Positions 61,081-64,000 of a stretch of 64,000 nt of DNA are shown piece by piece. Made by a program: the position numbers and the translations under genes. Each line of letters begins with the position of its first letter. Within the stretch, counting starts at the first letter, position 1. Under the pieces are notes generated by a model that did no database searches, was not told where the DNA came from, and was given only the letters and a program-made list of their open reading frames with translations. Source of the DNA: the human T2T-CHM13v2.0 reference genome, Homo sapiens; assembly GCF_009914755.1 (NCBI RefSeq), contig NC_060929.1; one strand, given 5' to 3'.

Positions 61081-64000
61081 ACAGCTGCTCTGTGAAAACC
61101 TGTACAGACTGCTTTTCAAAATGGGTCCCTAATCCCATTCCTCCTCAATGGGCAGGACCTCCCAACCAGGGTCTCCAGCCACCCCTGCCAGTGCTCTCCA
61201 GCCAACAGAGTTTTGAAACCTCCCTAGGACAGAGCTCCCAGAGGGACAGTGGGGCTGCCATCTTTGTTGTTTGGGTGACTTAGCTGTTCTGGCCTTTAGA
61301 TTTTGGAGAGTCCAAGGCGATCAGGGGCTGAAGTGGACCCCCAGCACAGCACAGCTGCTCTACGAAAATGTGGCCAGACTGTTTTTTTAACCAGGTCCCC
61401 GATCCTTTCCTCCTCACCAGACAGGGCCTCCCAACCAGGATCTCCAGCCACCTCCTATAGGTGTGTATGGGCCAGCAACAGGTCCATACCTCCCTAGGAC
61501 AGAGCTCAATCTTTGCTGTTTTACAGCCTTCAATGGTGATACCTCTAGGTACTGGAAAATCTGAGGTGACTGCAGACTGGAGTGCACCCCCAGCATACTG
61601 CAACAGCCCTATGGAAAAGTGGCCAGACCGTAATATGGGTGCCCTTTCTGATATCTCCTCATCAGGCATGTCCTCCAGCCCTCGGCCTCCAGCAACTGCC
61701 CCCAACCCCAGAGCTATCAAGCCAGTAGCAATCTGGCAACTCTCTGGACAGAGCCTCCAGGGGCAATTGAAAGCCTCTCTGCCACTGCCTCTGCAGTAGA
61801 ACTGCCTTTGCTACCCTTCAACTAACAAACAAGCAAAGACCCTAAGTGCTTTGTTCACACCTCCAATAAGCTGCAGTTGACCTAAGGAGAGGAGGCCAGT
61901 CCATCTCCCATGGGTCCCACATACCCCTCACTGCTCATCTTAAGACAGGGAACCCCTGGCTTGGTCCACAATACAGACCCTTCATCCTGAGCTGATTGCA
62001 CTCAGCATTTGCTGACTTGCATCTCTCTGGGGTGGAACCCCTAGAAGACAAGCAAAATGCCCTTGGCCACAACCACTACTAAGATCCCTTCTTTTGCTCC
62101 TTTCAAGTTGGGAAAGGAACATAAACACTGAGATCACCCCAGAGCTGTAGTGGAAAGCCCAAGAATGCCAAGCCATGATCTACAGCCAGCACTCAATGGG
62201 GAGAGAAACCCACACCCTCAGAGCATTAAGAAGGAACACAGTTGTAACCATGAGGAAACATAAGGGAGACACATAACCAAGTAAGAGTTTACCAACTAAC
62301 CAATAAGCCTAAGTTCCACCTACTGGATCACATCCTAAAGCTTCAACACCAAAAATACCTCACTAACATACCCTCCTGAAACCAGAGACAAGAAGTCAGC
62401 TACAAATAAAGACCCTGCATGAAGCCATGGCCCAATGAAAACATCCAGAAAAGAAGTCTATTGGCTGTACTTAACATACACTGCAGTTAAAGGAACACCC
62501 ACATGCAGAGATGAGAAGGAACCAACGCAAAAACTCCAGTTACTCAAATGACCAAAGTGTTGTATGAGTTTAGTAATTCTAGATGCTGTTTGTGATTGAA
62601 ACAAGATTGAGGACAACCTTGTCCTCCAAACAACTGCACCAGTTCACCAACAAGAGTTCTTAACCAGGATGAACTGGCTGGAATTACAGAAATAGAATTC
62701 AGAATATGGATAGGAACAGATATAATTGAGGTTCAGGAGGATGGAAAAACCTAATCCAAAAAAATAAAAAATAAAAATCAAGATAAAGTGATACAGGAGC
62801 TGAAGGACAAAATATCTGGTATAAAAAAGAACTTAATGGATCTGACAGAGCTGAATAACACAATACAAGAATTTCACAATGCAATCACAAGAATTAGCAG
62901 AATAAACCAAGCTGAGGAAAGAATCTCAGAACTTAAAGACTGGTTCTTTGAAATAAGAAAACCAGACAAAAATAAAGAAAAAAGAATAAAAAGGAATGGA
63001 CAAAACCTCCAAAAAGTGTGGGATTATGTAAAGAGGCCAAATCTATGAATCACTGGCATCCCTGAATGGGCAGGGAAGGGAGGGCAGGAAGCAAACAACT
63101 TGGAAAACATATTTCAGGATATCATCCATGAAAACTTCCCCACCCTTGCTAGACAAGCCAACAGCCAAATTCAGGAAGTACAGAGAACTCCTAAAGGGTC
63201 TACAAGAAGATCATTCCCAAGACATATAATGGTCAGATTTTCCAAGGTCAAAATGAAAGAAAGAATGTTAAAGGCAGCTAGGGAGAAAGGGCAGGTCACC
63301 TACAAGGGGAACACCATCAAGCTAACAGCAAATCTCTCAGCTGAAACCTACAAGCCAGAAGAGATTGGGGGCCTATAGTGAACATTCTTAAACAAAAAAA
63401 ATCTTCGACCAAGAATTTCATATCCAGCCAAACTAAGCTTCCTAAACGAAGGAGAAATTAGATCCTTTTCAGATAAGCAAATGTTGAGGGAGTCTTATAA
63501 GAGATCTTGCAAAAAGCACTAAATATAAGAAAATACTGTTACCAATCACTACAAACACACATGAAGTACACAGACCAGTGACACTATAAAACAACCACAC
63601 CATCCAAGCCAACATAATAGCCAGCTGACACCACAATAAGATCAAATACATACATATCAATACTAAAATTGAATGTAAACAGGCTAAATGCCCCCACTTA
63701 AAAGGCACAGAGTGGCAAGCTGGAATAAAAAAAAAGCAAGACCCAATGGTATGCTGTCTTCAAGAGACCCATCTTACATGAAATGACAGCCATAGGCTCA
63801 AAATAAAGGGATGGAGGAAAATCTAACAAGCAAATGGAAAACAAAAAAAAAAGCAGGCTGCATTCCTAATTTCAGATAAAACAGGTTTCAAACCAACAAA
63901 GATAAAAAAAGACAAAGCATTTTATAATAATGGTCAAGAGTTCAATTCAACAAGAAGACCTAACTATCCTAAAGATATATGCACACAACACAGGAGCACC
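61081..64000 (+). mobile_element. Old primate L1 (L1PA13-16/L1PREC-like): 5'UTR, ORF1, start of ORF2
   Basis: ORF1p fragments 62788..63048 and 63100..63378; ORF2 start LNVNRLNAPLKRHRV..CCLQETHL near 63670-63780. Confidence 0.9.

Overview
Primate genomic DNA, most likely human 5p13.2 judged from the recognised protein. It holds one complete protein-coding gene, UGT3A2 (minus strand, 7 coding exons at 45072..13960, all GT-AG introns, 1572-nt CDS = 523 aa + stop), in a repeat-dense background of L1s, about 17 Alus, DNA transposons and several endogenous retroviruses. I see no convincing new biological system, CRISPR array or RNA gene. The best leads are: (1) a decayed copy of a UGT3A terminal exon, 3'UTR and poly(A) region lying upstream of the UGT3A2 promoter, with reciprocal Alu insertions and an apparently gene-converted core, so that the gene is bracketed by direct repeats; (2) a 2.4-kb two-LTR HERV-K(HML-6)-like mini-provirus whose env is joined in the register of a spliced rec message; (3) a tRNA-Ser-primed class III ERV carrying a gamma-type env; (4) a twin-primed inverted L1; and (5) a perfect 31-bp inverted templated insertion. 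Repeat subfamily names come from memory of consensus sequences and need RepeatMasker/Dfam confirmation. Identities are by-eye estimates.
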